A stretch of 42,724 bases of DNA from an uncultured Bifidobacterium sp. (GTDB lineage Bacteria > Actinomycetota > Acidimicrobiia > Acidimicrobiales > Ilumatobacteraceae): positions 15,267 through 57,990 of the forward strand of contig CAYNKE010000002.1 of assembly GCA_964397715.1 (NCBI GenBank), in the 5' to 3' direction. Under the pieces are notes generated by a model. It did not search any database and had not been told where the DNA came from. It saw only the letters and a list, made by a program, of their open reading frames with translations. The translations under genes and the position numbers were made by a program. The first letter of the stretch is position 1. The number at the start of each line of letters is the position of its first letter. Positions 41,982 through 42,724 of this stretch are shown here, one piece after another.

Positions 41982-42724
41982 TCACTGGCCGGCCAACCGC
42001 TCGACCACGGGGGCCACGGCCTCCATGACCGACGAGCCGAAGCTCACGTACGAAATTCCGAAGCGCTCGCGGCGCTCGGTGATGCGATCGCAGATCTCGT
42101 CGACCGACCCGATGAGTACGTTGGGGTGGTCGCCGAACTGCTCGGGCGTCAATCCGAACATCGGGGCCATCTTCGCGCGGGTTCCGGCTCCGTCGGGTGT
42201 CACGATCGTGAAGTACGCGGCGATCTCCAACTCGATCTTCGAGAAGCGACTGCCCGCACCGTCCTTGATCCACTGGATCTTCTGATCGGTGAGTTCGGCA
42301 GTCGATGATCCGATGCCCTCCGGACCGAGGCGTCCGGTGGAGTTGTTGAAGTTGAGGCTCACGATGTCGGCTTCACGACCTGCGATGGTGAGAACGCGCT
42401 TGGCCCCACCACCGATCATGATCGGAGGGCACGGCTTGTTGACCGGCTTCGGGACCGCTTCGAATCCGACGGCGTGCACGTGTTTTCCGTCGATGTTCAG
42501 CTCGCCGTCGGCGAACGAGGCGCGAATGAGGCCGATCACCTCTTCCATGCGGTCGAGGCGAGTGCCAGCCGAGTCGAACGGAATGCCCATCGCCTCGTAC
42601 TCGTTCTTGAGCCAGCCGGCCCCGATACCCAGTTCGAGGCGACCCTCGGAGAAGAAGTCGAGCGTCGCGAGTTCCTTGGTGAGCATCACCGGGTTGCGGT
42701 AATCGACGCACAGCACACGGCATC
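41982..42724 (-). CDS. Luciferase-like monooxygenase (LLM) class, probably F420-dependent oxidoreductase; N-terminus lies outside the window
   Basis: LATLDFFSEGRLELGIGAGW and PPIMIGGGAKRVLTIAGREADIV are typical of the LLM fold. The frame stays open to the right window edge. Confidence 0.75.
   Translation of the reverse strand, partial: CRVLCVDYRNPVMLTKELATLDFFSEGRLELGIGAGWLKNEYEAMGIPFDSAGTRLDRMEEVIGLIRASFADGELNIDGKHVHAVGFEAVPKPVNKPCPPIMIGGGAKRVLTIAGREADIVSLNFNNSTGRLGPEGIGSSTAELTDQKIQWIKDGAGSRFSKIELEIAAYFTIVTPDGAGTRAKMAPMFGLTPEQFGDHPNVLIGSVDEICDRITERRERFGISYVSFGSSVMEAVAPVVERLAGQ

Noticed and set aside
1-42724. CRISPR arrays, transposases/IS elements, integrases, prophage genes, toxin-antitoxin pairs, restriction-modification or other canonical defence systems
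   Set aside because: I saw no regularly spaced direct repeats. No ORF has recombinase, transposase, phage structural, methyltransferase (other than TrmB) or known defence motifs. The only nuclease (DUF1524) carries a secretion signal.

Overview
High-GC, very gene-dense chromosomal segment of Actinomycetota type. Supporting signs are frequent GTG starts, 4-nt ATGA/GTGA gene coupling, several apparently leaderless genes, a WS/DGAT, a luciferase-like (F420-type) oxidoreductase, a DinB protein and four cytochrome P450s. I call 45 CDS (two cut by the window edges), tRNA-Cys(GCA) and tRNA-Gly(GCC). I also call a SAM-I-clan riboswitch in front of metX, a Zur-like operator in front of a znuA-B-C type operon, a 66-bp in-frame tandem repeat and two hairpins. 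Most of the window is ordinary metabolism: lipid/CoA catabolism, P450/SDR oxidation genes, amino-acid and metal ABC importers, and DNA-repair and tRNA-modification genes. I see no CRISPR array, transposase, integrase, prophage or canonical defence system. The long Arg/Gly/Asp-rich ORFs in the six-frame track are antisense artefacts of the high GC content. No complete, obviously novel multi-gene system can be demonstrated from sequence alone. The best candidates for follow-up are: (1) an orphan PAAR-like DUF4280 gene interlocked with an unknown divergent gene at the left edge; (2) a 97-aa internally duplicated protein that is about 28% His, next to the Zur-controlled zinc importer; (3) an Hsp20 / WS-DGAT / pseudo-receiver LuxR trio resembling a miniature DosR-type dormancy module beside tRNA-Gly; (4) a SAM-I-like riboswitch with a simplified P2 arm; (5) a PhyH dioxygenase plus anSME-type radical-SAM pair with no sulfatase nearby; (6) a tRNA-Cys-linked cluster of a secreted nuclease and two lipoproteins.
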